The notes beneath the pieces were generated by a model, which was not told the DNA's origin, ran no database searches, and was given only the letters and a program-made list of their open reading frames with translations. Below, one piece after another: positions 1 through 7,884 of a DNA stretch of 32,000 nucleotides; positions within the stretch are counted from its first letter, which is position 1; each line of letters opens with the position of its first letter. This DNA is from Pseudoalteromonas translucida KMM 520 (GTDB taxonomy: Bacteria; Pseudomonadota; Gammaproteobacteria; Enterobacterales; Alteromonadaceae). The stretch covers positions 1,260,001-1,292,000 of the forward strand of contig NZ_CP011034.1 of assembly GCF_001465295.1 (NCBI RefSeq), given 5' to 3'. Made by a program: the position numbers and the translations under genes.

Positions 1-1
1 G

Positions 2-73
2 CGTGCTAATCTATTACGCAATCAAGAAGATGTTGATAAATTATTTGCTGATATAGAGTTGCCAGTTAAATAA
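2..73 (+). CDS. 3' end of an unidentified CDS (partial, enters from upstream of the window)
   Basis: Frame 2 reads RANLLRNQEDVDKLFADIELPVK and stops at TAA 71-73. A strong terminator follows. 23 aa is too short to name a product. Confidence 0.3.
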   Translation, partial: RANLLRNQEDVDKLFADIELPVK

Positions 74-137
74 TCGTTTCGGTATCGAGCATTTTAGGTG
101 TCTAGTATTTAGCTATTTATAGTTTAAAGTTACTAAT

Positions 138-174
138 AAAAAAGCCGCCAGTTTTTAAACTGGCGGCTTTTTTA
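138..174. terminator. Bidirectional rho-independent terminator shared by the upstream + strand CDS and sdaA (-)
   Basis: Stem GCCGCCAGTTT (144-154) pairs with AAACTGGCGGC (158-168). It is flanked by an A-run (138-143) and a T-run (169-174). Confidence 0.7.
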
Positions 175-190
175 ATTATTATTTAGTGTG

Positions 191-1567
191 TTAACACTCA
201 ATAATATTAACGGCTAAACCACCACGAGCGGTTTCTTTATATTTAGTTTTCATGTCGTTACCGGTTTCGAGCATAGTTTTAATCACTTTATCGAGTGATA
301 CTTTTTGCTCGCCACTACCACGAATTGCAAGGCGTGACGCATTAATTGCTTTTATCGCGCCCATGGCGTTGCGTTCAATACACGGTACTTGCACTAAGCC
401 ACCAACAGGGTCACACGTAAGCCCTAAATTATGCTCCATGCCAATTTCGGCGGCATTTTCTACTTGTACTACATTACCACCTACAATTTCGGTAAGTGCG
501 CCTGCAGCCATTGAGCAAGCCACGCCCACTTCACCTTGGCAACCTACTTCAGCACCCGAAATAGAGGCGTTCTTTTTATATAAAATACCGATAGCAGCGG
601 CAGTTAATAAATAACGCGTGACTATATCGCGATCGACTTCTTTTATAAAAGTATGATAATACATAAGTACTGCTGGTAAAATACCCGCTGCGCCATTGGT
701 AGGTGCGGTAACTACACGACCGCCTGCGGCGTTTTCTTCATTTACAGCTAAAGCAAATAAGTCGACCCAATCCATAGCTCGCAGGGGGTCGTTACTTACT
801 TCAACATTAAGTTTTAAATGTAAATTAGGAGCACGACGTTTTACTTTTAAACCGCCGGGTAAAATCCCTTCGGTGCGCATACCACGCTCAATACAGGCTT
901 TCATTACTTGCCAAATATTAAATAACTCGTCTTTAATGTCGTTTTCGCTGCGTAATGTTTTTTCGTTATGCATCATTAAAGTAGAAACACTGAAACCCGA
1001 CTCTTTACACATTTCTAGTAGCTCTTGTGCGCTACCAAAAGGAAAAGGTGCTGGATTTTCTTCACGAATATCAAGCGCTGCTTGTTTTTCGTTTTCAAAA
1101 TCTTGATCGGTAACAATAAAGCCACCGCCAATAGAGTAATAAATTTGGCTATAAACCTTCTCGCCATTATTAGAGGCAATAATTTCCATTGCATTAGAGT
1201 GCTTAGGCAGCGTTTTACGACGGTGAAAAACAATAGCCCCTTGCTTTGGGAATTTAGCCTTATGCGTTTGATTTAAATAAATAACTTGTTCTTTTTCAAT
1301 CGTGGCTAAAATAGTATCAACCAAATCGGCGTCGATGGTTTCAGGATCATACCCAGCAAGGCCAAGTATTACTGCTTTACCAGAGCCGTGGCCAATACCA
1401 GTTTGACCTAGCGAGCCGTACAGCTCTACTTTAATATCGGTAACGTTTGCTAATAATTGTTTTTCTTGTAGGTCATTAACAAATAAACGAGATGCGCGCA
1501 TTGGGCCAACGGTATGTGACGAAGAAGGGCCAATACCAATACTAAACATATCAAATGCACTTATCAT
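191..1567 (-). CDS. sdaA: L-serine ammonia-lyase (L-serine dehydratase), single-chain Fe-S type
   Basis: 458-aa ORF. The N-terminus [23 protein letters not shown] is the classic SdaA signature. Length and the C-terminal GLAVNIIEC are typical. It lies next to nudL and pabB as in E. coli. Confidence 0.95.
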   Translation of the reverse strand: MISAFDMFSIGIGPSSSHTVGPMRASRLFVNDLQEKQLLANVTDIKVELYGSLGQTGIGHGSGKAVILGLAGYDPETIDADLVDTILATIEKEQVIYLNQTHKAKFPKQGAIVFHRRKTLPKHSNAMEIIASNNGEKVYSQIYYSIGGGFIVTDQDFENEKQAALDIREENPAPFPFGSAQELLEMCKESGFSVSTLMMHNEKTLRSENDIKDELFNIWQVMKACIERGMRTEGILPGGLKVKRRAPNLHLKLNVEVSNDPLRAMDWVDLFALAVNEENAAGGRVVTAPTNGAAGILPAVLMYYHTFIKEVDRDIVTRYLLTAAAIGILYKKNASISGAEVGCQGEVGVACSMAAGALTEIVGGNVVQVENAAEIGMEHNLGLTCDPVGGLVQVPCIERNAMGAIKAINASRLAIRGSGEQKVSLDKVIKTMLETGNDMKTKYKETARGGLAVNIIEC

Positions 1568-1667
1568 AATGTGTCTCTTCTGTGTTTACTCAGCACTAGG
1601 CTGCTTTTTTGAACGGTCGTGTATAGTAACGCTAAATTGTGACTATGTAACCATTAATCAAGAACAT

Positions 1668-2243
1668 TTAAACTGGTAAGGCGAGTTGTTTTGTAAAGTT
1701 TTTTATGATGCTTGCAGTGGCACCCCAAAGTAAACCATGTGGGGTATTGTAACCATATAAAATAATGGTTTTACCAAAGCGCTGAAAAGGCAGGGGTTGC
1801 CAATTAGACTCGTTAGTTAAATCACGCAGTGGTAATAAAAAACTAGCTTGTACCTCGTTATGATCGTTCTCCCAAATGGTGTGTTTATTAAGCACGCCAA
1901 CAAAGGGGCTAATATTAAAGCCGGTGAGTGTTGAGTACAAAGGTAATTGGCCAAACACTTTAACATTACTGGGCGTAATATTTAGCTCTTCATTTAGCTC
2001 ACGCAAGGCGGTAGTGCGAAGCGTAATATCACTTGCTTCAAATTTACCACCGGGTAAGCAAATTTCACCGGGATGATGGTGCAAATAAATAGGGCGCTTA
2101 CACAGTAAAATATGCGCATGATCATCCACATCAATAAGCGGCAACATGACTGCGCTGGCACGCTTTTTAGGGTTGTCTATTCCTTGATCTGGCGCTGCCG
2201 TAGGGCTTAACTGAAACCGCGCCATAATGTGTTCACTATTCAA
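1668..2243 (-). CDS. nudL: Nudix hydrolase, CoA pyrophosphatase family (NudL/YeaB-like)
   Basis: 191 aa. Nudix box GGKFEASDITLRTTALRELNEELNI is preceded by LLCKRPIYLHHHPGEICLPGG, the CoA-pyrophosphatase type motif. Only 6 nt separate it from the pabB stop, so an operon is likely. Confidence 0.85.
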   Translation of the reverse strand: MNSEHIMARFQLSPTAAPDQGIDNPKKRASAVMLPLIDVDDHAHILLCKRPIYLHHHPGEICLPGGKFEASDITLRTTALRELNEELNITPSNVKVFGQLPLYSTLTGFNISPFVGVLNKHTIWENDHNEVQASFLLPLRDLTNESNWQPLPFQRFGKTIILYGYNTPHGLLWGATASIIKNFTKQLALPV

Positions 2244-2249
2244 AGCGAC

Positions 2250-3596
2250 CTACTGTTTTAATAATGGAAGTATTTTATTTACTTTATCGTATGTTTCTTG
2301 GTATTCCAATGCAACTTTAGAATCAGCTACTATGCCACCTCCGGCCCAGCAGTGTATTTGTTGAGCATGACATACCAAGGTGCGAATAGTAATGCTGGTA
2401 TCCATGTTACCACAAGCGCTTAAATAGCCTATTGAACCACAATAAATACTGCGACGATGCGGTTCAAGCTCTTCAATAATTTCCATTGCTCTCACTTTAG
2501 GCGCGCCAGTAATAGAGCCCCCAGGAAATGCAGCAGCAAGTTGATCAACCGCCGTTTTCCCCTTTGCTAATGTGGCCGTAACGGTACTAACTAAATGATG
2601 CACCGCCGGAAAGCTCTCAATAGCAAATAACGAGGGCACCTGAACCGATCCTGGCTTGGCTACTTTACCTAAATCGTTTCGTAATAAATCTACAATCATT
2701 ACATTTTCGGCGCGATCTTTGGCAGAATTTGCCAATAACTGTGCTTGTTGGGCGTCTTGCTGCGGATCCGCTTTTCGCGGTAACGTGCCTTTAATCGGCT
2801 TAGTTTGCACTTGATCATCGCTTACTAATATAAAACGCTCCGGAGAAATAGACAAAATTGCGCCTTGCGGATGGTTTATAAAGCTAGAAAACGGCGCTTT
2901 ATTCGCTGCTGTTAATTTAACGTAGGCAGCCCAAGGCGAGCCTTCATATTGGGCACTAAAACGCTGTGCTAAATTTATTTGATAGCAATCGCCTGTTTTT
3001 AAATAATCTTCAATTACGGCAAATTTTTGCGCATAATCAGCGCGGCTCATATTAGATTGCCACGCCGTTTTAAGTGCAAAGTTAGGCATAATGACAGGTT
3101 GTTCTAAATACTGCTGATAAAGTGCTAAGCGATTAACCTTAGGCTGGGCAATATAAAACCAACTGCTTTGTTGTTTATCGTATATGAGTGCATCTAGGTA
3201 CAAGCCAACGGCCATTTGTGGCAAGTCTATATCGTTTATAGCGCTACTTGGGAGGCTTTCAAGTGTGCGCCCTAAGTCATATCCCAAATAACCAAGCCAG
3301 CCACCATTAAAGGGTAAGTTGTTGGCCGCTTTGTTGTTATTAAGTTTTAGCAGTTCGCTGTTCATTATTTCAAAGCAGCTTCTTGCATCGGGTTGGTTAT
3401 TTAAAATACTGAGGTTGTTTTGTACTTCCAGTGTGCTTTTGGGCTCAATGGCAATAATATCAAAACGACTGTCTACATGCTCACTATTGGCCGAATCGAG
3501 TAAAATAGCGTAAGGCAAGTGGGCAAAATGCGCAAATACATCAATACAGCTTTGTGTTATGGCTAATTTTATACAATTATTTTTATTGTTTAGCAT
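2250..3596 (-). CDS. pabB: Aminodeoxychorismate synthase component I
   Basis: 448 aa. Chorismate-binding C-terminal domain motifs are present (SPERF, KGT.PR, FPGGSITGAPKVRAMEIIEELE, RSIYCGSIGY, TIRT). The size fits PabB rather than TrpE. Confidence 0.9.
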   Translation of the reverse strand: MLNNKNNCIKLAITQSCIDVFAHFAHLPYAILLDSANSEHVDSRFDIIAIEPKSTLEVQNNLSILNNQPDARSCFEIMNSELLKLNNNKAANNLPFNGGWLGYLGYDLGRTLESLPSSAINDIDLPQMAVGLYLDALIYDKQQSSWFYIAQPKVNRLALYQQYLEQPVIMPNFALKTAWQSNMSRADYAQKFAVIEDYLKTGDCYQINLAQRFSAQYEGSPWAAYVKLTAANKAPFSSFINHPQGAILSISPERFILVSDDQVQTKPIKGTLPRKADPQQDAQQAQLLANSAKDRAENVMIVDLLRNDLGKVAKPGSVQVPSLFAIESFPAVHHLVSTVTATLAKGKTAVDQLAAAFPGGSITGAPKVRAMEIIEELEPHRRSIYCGSIGYLSACGNMDTSITIRTLVCHAQQIHCWAGGGIVADSKVALEYQETYDKVNKILPLLKQ

Positions 3597-3761
3597 TTAC
3601 TACCCCTTTAAGAACTGGCTCGAAACGGGCGAGGAGGGTATCATAAGTCAAATTTTTTTGGCAGCGTTTAGTTGCGTCCCAAATTAAAAACAGTGCAAAC
3701 CACCGTCACCGGTTTGATATAGCTTACGCGACACCGCGTAACGGTAACTTAAGGAACCACT

Positions 3762-5288
3762 ATGAGTACAATCCGTCAGCAAGACTTTATAGATAGCATT
3801 GAAGATGCTTTGCAGTATATTTCCTTCTATCATCCCCTTGATTTTGTTCAAGCGCTTGAAAAAGCCTATAACAAAGAACAAAGTAAAGCAGCAAAAGATG
3901 CCATCGCACAAATTCTAATTAACTCGCGTATGTCGGCTGAAGGCAAGCGTCCGCTTTGCCAAGACACTGGTATTATTACCTGTTTTGTTAAAGTAGGTAT
4001 GGATGTTAATTGGGATAAAACCGATTTAACCGTTCAACAAATGGTTGATGAAGGTACACGTCGTGCATATTTAAATCCAGACAACCCGCTGCGCGCTTCT
4101 ATTGTTGCAGACCCTGCAGGTACTCGTAAAAACACCAAAGACAATACCCCTTCTGTTGTACATATAGATTTAGTAGCGGGCGGTAACGTTGAAGTGATGG
4201 TGGCAGCTAAAGGCGGCGGCTCTGAAAACAAAAGTAAAATGGTAATGCTAAACCCTTCTGACGATGTAGCAGAGTGGGTAGAGAAAACGTTACCTACAAT
4301 GGGCGCAGGTTGGTGTCCGCCTGGTATGTTAGGTATAGGTATTGGTGGTACAGCTGAAAAAGCGGCAGTAATGGCTAAAGAGTCGTTAATGGATCCGGTA
4401 GATATTCATGAATTAATGGAACGCGGCGCAGAAACCACAGAAGAAAAGCTACGTTTAGAAATATTTGAACGTGCTAATAAATTAGGCATTGGCGCACAAG
4501 GCTTAGGCGGTTTAACAACGGTTGTTGATGTTAAAATTAAAACAGCACCAACGCATGCCGCGTCAAAACCGGTCGTGATGATCCCTAACTGTGCGGCTAC
4601 TCGCCACGTACACTTTACCCTTGACGGTTCAGGCCCAGCAAACTTAAAAGCACCTAAGTTAGAAGATTGGCCACAAGTAACCTTTGAAGTGGGCGAAGGC
4701 ACACGTCGTGTTGATTTAAATACTTTGACCAAAAAAGATGTGCAAGAATGGAAAATGGGTGAAACTGTTTTACTTTCGGGTACTATTTTAACGGGTCGAG
4801 ATGCCGCGCATAAGCGTTTGCAAGACATGATCAATTCAGGCGAAGGTTTACCTAAAGGCGTAGACTTTGATAATAAATTTATTTACTACGTAGGCCCAGT
4901 AGATGCTGTACGTGACGAAGCAGTGGGCCCAGCGGGTCCGACAACGGCTACGCGTATGGATAAATTTACCGATATGATGCTAGAAAAAACCGGTATTGTA
5001 GGCATGATAGGTAAAGCAGAGCGTGGTCCTGCTACGGTTGAGTCTATTAAGCAGCATAAGTCAGTATACTTAATGGCAGTTGGCGGCGCGGCGTATTTAG
5101 TATCTAAAGCAATTAAAAAAGCACGTGTTGTTGCTTTTGAAGATTTAGGTATGGAAGCCATCTACGAGTTTGAAGTAGAAGATATGCCGGTAACCGTCGC
5201 TGTTGATAGCGAAGGCGCTAATGCGCATACGCAAGGCCCTGCAATTTGGAAAGCTAAAATTGAAGAGCTAGATAGTAAGCTAAAGTAA
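3762..5288 (+). CDS. Class I (Fe-S dependent) fumarate hydratase
   Basis: 508 aa. It has an N-terminal Fe-S hydrolyase alpha region (PLCQDTGI, AAKGGGSENKS) fused to a beta region (GPAGPTTATRMD, GKAERG). SD AAGGAA lies 5-10 nt upstream of the ATG. Confidence 0.93.
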   Translation: MSTIRQQDFIDSIEDALQYISFYHPLDFVQALEKAYNKEQSKAAKDAIAQILINSRMSAEGKRPLCQDTGIITCFVKVGMDVNWDKTDLTVQQMVDEGTRRAYLNPDNPLRASIVADPAGTRKNTKDNTPSVVHIDLVAGGNVEVMVAAKGGGSENKSKMVMLNPSDDVAEWVEKTLPTMGAGWCPPGMLGIGIGGTAEKAAVMAKESLMDPVDIHELMERGAETTEEKLRLEIFERANKLGIGAQGLGGLTTVVDVKIKTAPTHAASKPVVMIPNCAATRHVHFTLDGSGPANLKAPKLEDWPQVTFEVGEGTRRVDLNTLTKKDVQEWKMGETVLLSGTILTGRDAAHKRLQDMINSGEGLPKGVDFDNKFIYYVGPVDAVRDEAVGPAGPTTATRMDKFTDMMLEKTGIVGMIGKAERGPATVESIKQHKSVYLMAVGGAAYLVSKAIKKARVVAFEDLGMEAIYEFEVEDMPVTVAVDSEGANAHTQGPAIWKAKIEELDSKLK

Positions 5289-5306
5289 CTTAACTTACTA
5301 ATATAC

Positions 5307-5333
5307 AAAGCGAGCCCAGTGCTCGCTTTTTGT
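5307..5333 (+). terminator. Rho-independent terminator of the fumarate hydratase gene
   Basis: AGCGAGC (5309-5315), loop CCAGT, GCTCGCT (5321-5327), followed by TTTT. Confidence 0.7.
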
Positions 5334-5344
5334 TTAACTTAAAC

Positions 5345-5547
5345 TAAGTAACCTGATCTCCGGATAATAAACCTATCTCAAGCAGCTATTTTCAGCGCTA
5401 ACTGCGTTGAATTCACTTGCAATAGGCCAGCTATTGACGCGTGAATTCGTCTTGTTTTCACTGAAAATCTCTGGCTAGAGAAAATAAAGATAAATATAAC
5501 TATGATTCAATACGTTAGTAAATCTCTTAACCAGAGTTCAGGTTAAA
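5345..5547 (+). repeat. MITE-like / structured intergenic repeat, copy 1
   Basis: About 88% identical by hand alignment to 18699-18900 in the same orientation. Terminal inverted repeats are TAACCTGATCTCCGG (5349-5363) and the reverse complement of CCAGAGTTCAGGTTA (5531-5545), 13/15. The interior holds a nested hairpin at 5377-5480. Confidence 0.6.
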
Positions 5548-5945
5548 TAACCTGTTCTATTGCCCGTAATTTAATTTGCTTAGCAAAAGAGTAAACAGCT
5601 CTGACCAGTTCTCTTAAACCAACCCCTTTTAAGGCAAACCTGTGCAGCATAAGCGTTTGCATATTATGCTTGCGTGTAATTTAAACTTTACAGTTACTTG
5701 GTGCGTTACGTTCACGTAAGCGTAAACTTTGTGGTGTTTGTTGTTTTTAGCATTTAATACTTAATTTCGCTACTTTTCTGGATGTTTTATGTGCTTACTC
5801 CCTTTAATTTGGATATTTAATTCAATACCGTTTTGCGCTTGGGTTTATCCTCTCGTGGTATAGCGAAGCGTTATCCGAAGTGATAAAGTCTCGGCAATTT
5901 CATGCATGCATACCCTTTAAGGGTAACTATTTCGGAGTATTTAAA

Positions 5946-6986
5946 GTGGTTGTGTTTAATCAAGTTGAATTTGATAACCATGAACAAGTGGTTTTTTGTA
6001 CTGATAAAGAGTCGGGTTTAAAAGCAATCATTGCGGTACATAATACTAACCTAGGTCCGGCAGTGGGCGGATGTAGAATGTGGGATTATGCAAATGATGA
6101 AGATGCTGTTTACGACGTGCTGCGTTTATCCAAAGGCATGACTTATAAAAATGCAGTTGCGCGCTTGCCATTTGGTGGCGGTAAATCTGTGATTATTGGT
6201 AATGCTAAAGAAATCAAATCTGAGCAGTTATTCCGTGCTTTTGGTCGTCAGTTAGAGCGATTAAACGGCAGCTACTATTCTGCTGAAGATGTAAATATCA
6301 ACTGCGACGATGTTGCAATGATGAATAAAGAAACCAGTTATGTACTTGGCCTTGAAGGCAAAAGTGGTAACCCATCACCATTTACAGCATACGGTACGTT
6401 TTTAGGTATAAAAGCGGCATTAAATCATCAGCGTGGTCATCAAAACTTTGCTGGTATTAAAGTAGCAGTACAAGGGTTAGGGACTGTTGCTTATACTTTA
6501 TGTAAGCATTTGTCAGAGGCGGGCGCTGAGCTATATGTTACTGATATTAACCAAGCAGCAATTGACCGTGTTGTTAATGAATTTGGTGCTACAGCCGTTG
6601 GTATTGACGAAATTTACGATTTAGACGTAGATGTGTATGCACCTTGTGCACTCGGTGCAACTATAAATGATGCAACTATACCGCGCCTTAAAGCCACTAT
6701 AATTGCAGGCTGTGCCAATAACCAGTTGGCACAATCGCGCCACGGTGAAATTATTCGTGATAAAGGTATTTTATATGCACCAGATTACGTAATTAACGCC
6801 GGTGGTATTATTAATGTTTATTATGAAACGCTACCAGAAGGGTACAGTGCTGCTGCGTCAAATAAACATGTCGAAGGTATTTTTGATACCCTAACTGAAA
6901 TTTTTGCGCGTAGTGAAAAAGAGCAAAAATCTACGCATTTAATTGCAGATGAGCTTGCACAAGAGATCCTTAAAAACGGTCTTTAA
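5946..6986 (+). CDS. ldh: Leucine dehydrogenase (Glu/Leu/Phe/Val dehydrogenase family)
   Basis: Collinear with Bacillus-type LeuDH (EQVVFCTDKESGLKAIIAVHNT.LGPA.GG.RMW, GMTYKNA...GGGK.VIIG, VAVQGLG.VAY, YAPDYVINAGG). I start it at in-frame GTG 5946. GGAG lies at 5934-5937, and VVVFNQVEFDNHEQVVF aligns residue for residue with MELFKYMETYDYEQVLF. The track ORF begins earlier, at GTG 5880. Confidence 0.9.
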   Translation: MVVFNQVEFDNHEQVVFCTDKESGLKAIIAVHNTNLGPAVGGCRMWDYANDEDAVYDVLRLSKGMTYKNAVARLPFGGGKSVIIGNAKEIKSEQLFRAFGRQLERLNGSYYSAEDVNINCDDVAMMNKETSYVLGLEGKSGNPSPFTAYGTFLGIKAALNHQRGHQNFAGIKVAVQGLGTVAYTLCKHLSEAGAELYVTDINQAAIDRVVNEFGATAVGIDEIYDLDVDVYAPCALGATINDATIPRLKATIIAGCANNQLAQSRHGEIIRDKGILYAPDYVINAGGIINVYYETLPEGYSAAASNKHVEGIFDTLTEIFARSEKEQKSTHLIADELAQEILKNGL

Positions 6987-7015
6987 TCGGCTAAATAAGT
7001 TAACCGTAAATATTA

Positions 7016-7043
7016 GGGCGTGCAATTGCACGCCTTTTTTTTG
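7016..7043 (+). terminator. Rho-independent terminator of ldh
   Basis: GGCGTGCA (7017-7024) pairs with TGCACGCC (7027-7034), followed by a run of 8 T. Confidence 0.75.
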
Positions 7044-7088
7044 TTTATACGTTAAACTTAATTTTTTATTTTATGTGTTTATTTATCT

Positions 7089-7748
7089 ATGTCTTCTTCG
7101 CCTATTTCTATGCAGCCTATTGATTTTAATAGCTGGCCCCGTAAACAACATTTTGAGTTGTTTAAACTCTTTTCTCAACCTTACTTTAATGTGTGTGTAC
7201 AGCTAAACGCGAAGGCTTTATATAATTACTGTAAAGCGCATCAACTGTCTTTTTTTCAGGCCTATACTTATGCCACACTTAAAGCGTGCCATGCGTACCC
7301 GCCAATTATGCTGCGTATTATTAATGACAAGCCATGGCTACTAAGTAGCACCCGCGCTAGTGTGGTTGAGCTTGCAGCAGATGACTCGTTCAGGTTTAGT
7401 TACTTTAGTGATAAGGCCAACTTTACTGAGTTTGCCGTGCATGCCAGCGCAGTTAGTTTTAATGCTAAATCGCAGCCTTTATTTTCTGACGCCTTTGCAC
7501 AAACCGAAGGGCAGGCCGACTTAATTCATATTTCGGTATTACCTTGGCTAAGTTTTAGTGCTTTTTCGCATGCGTTTAGTGAAGGAAAATGTTTAGGGAT
7601 CCCTAAATTTGTATTTGGTCAGTTTAATAAACAGCAGCAAACTATGCCCTTAGCCATTGATGTGCATCACTCTTTAATGGATGGTTTACACGTAGCAAAG
7701 TTTATAAACATTTTACAGGATACATTTGATAACTTTTGTAAAGATTAG
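7089..7748 (+). CDS. Type A chloramphenicol O-acetyltransferase-like protein (CAT family)
   Basis: 219 aa, the canonical CAT length. The N-terminus W.RKQHFE.F and the C-terminal active-site block VHHSLMDGLHVAKF correspond to HHAVCDGFHVARF of classical CATs, with the catalytic His retained. Confidence 0.85.
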   Translation: MSSSPISMQPIDFNSWPRKQHFELFKLFSQPYFNVCVQLNAKALYNYCKAHQLSFFQAYTYATLKACHAYPPIMLRIINDKPWLLSSTRASVVELAADDSFRFSYFSDKANFTEFAVHASAVSFNAKSQPLFSDAFAQTEGQADLIHISVLPWLSFSAFSHAFSEGKCLGIPKFVFGQFNKQQQTMPLAIDVHHSLMDGLHVAKFINILQDTFDNFCKD

Positions 7749-7884
7749 TTAATGAAATGCTACTGCAGGCTGTGGTAGTATTTTCTTAGTTTAGCTAGTT
7801 TTAGTTGGTTTTTAATCACTTAGGATTGCGTTAAATTTGGTGGGTAATACTAATTAATCAATAATAATTATAAAGGTCGCAGTG

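Noticed and set aside
252-1276. Four ORFs (252-614 +, 696-1106 +, 1015-1233 -, 1025-1276 +) within the sdaA locus
   Set aside because: All lie entirely within the very well supported sdaA CDS, either antisense or out of frame. Their low-complexity, Ser/Ala/Pro-rich translations are typical of shadow ORFs.
4034-5161. Antisense ORFs (65, 142 and 91 aa) inside the fumarate hydratase gene
   Set aside because: These are shadow ORFs opposite a high-confidence CDS, with no SD or family signature.
5345-5547. Idea that the repeat is an integron attC / VCR-like site
   Set aside because: It shares the imperfect dyad symmetry. But I cannot find the R''/R' core sites (RYYYAAC ... GTTRRRY) at the arms, and no integrase or cassette array is nearby.
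5880-5945. 22-codon N-terminal extension of the ldh ORF in the track (MIKSRQFHACIPFKGNYFGVFK)
   Set aside because: Homologous leucine dehydrogenases begin exactly at the position of GTG 5946. The GGAG box sits inside the extension, in the correct place for 5946.
6943-7206. 87-aa ORF spanning the ldh 3' end, its terminator and the cat start
   Set aside because: It runs through a strong rho-independent terminator and overlaps two good CDSs. Its Leu/Phe/Cys-rich translation is typical of AT-rich non-coding sequence.
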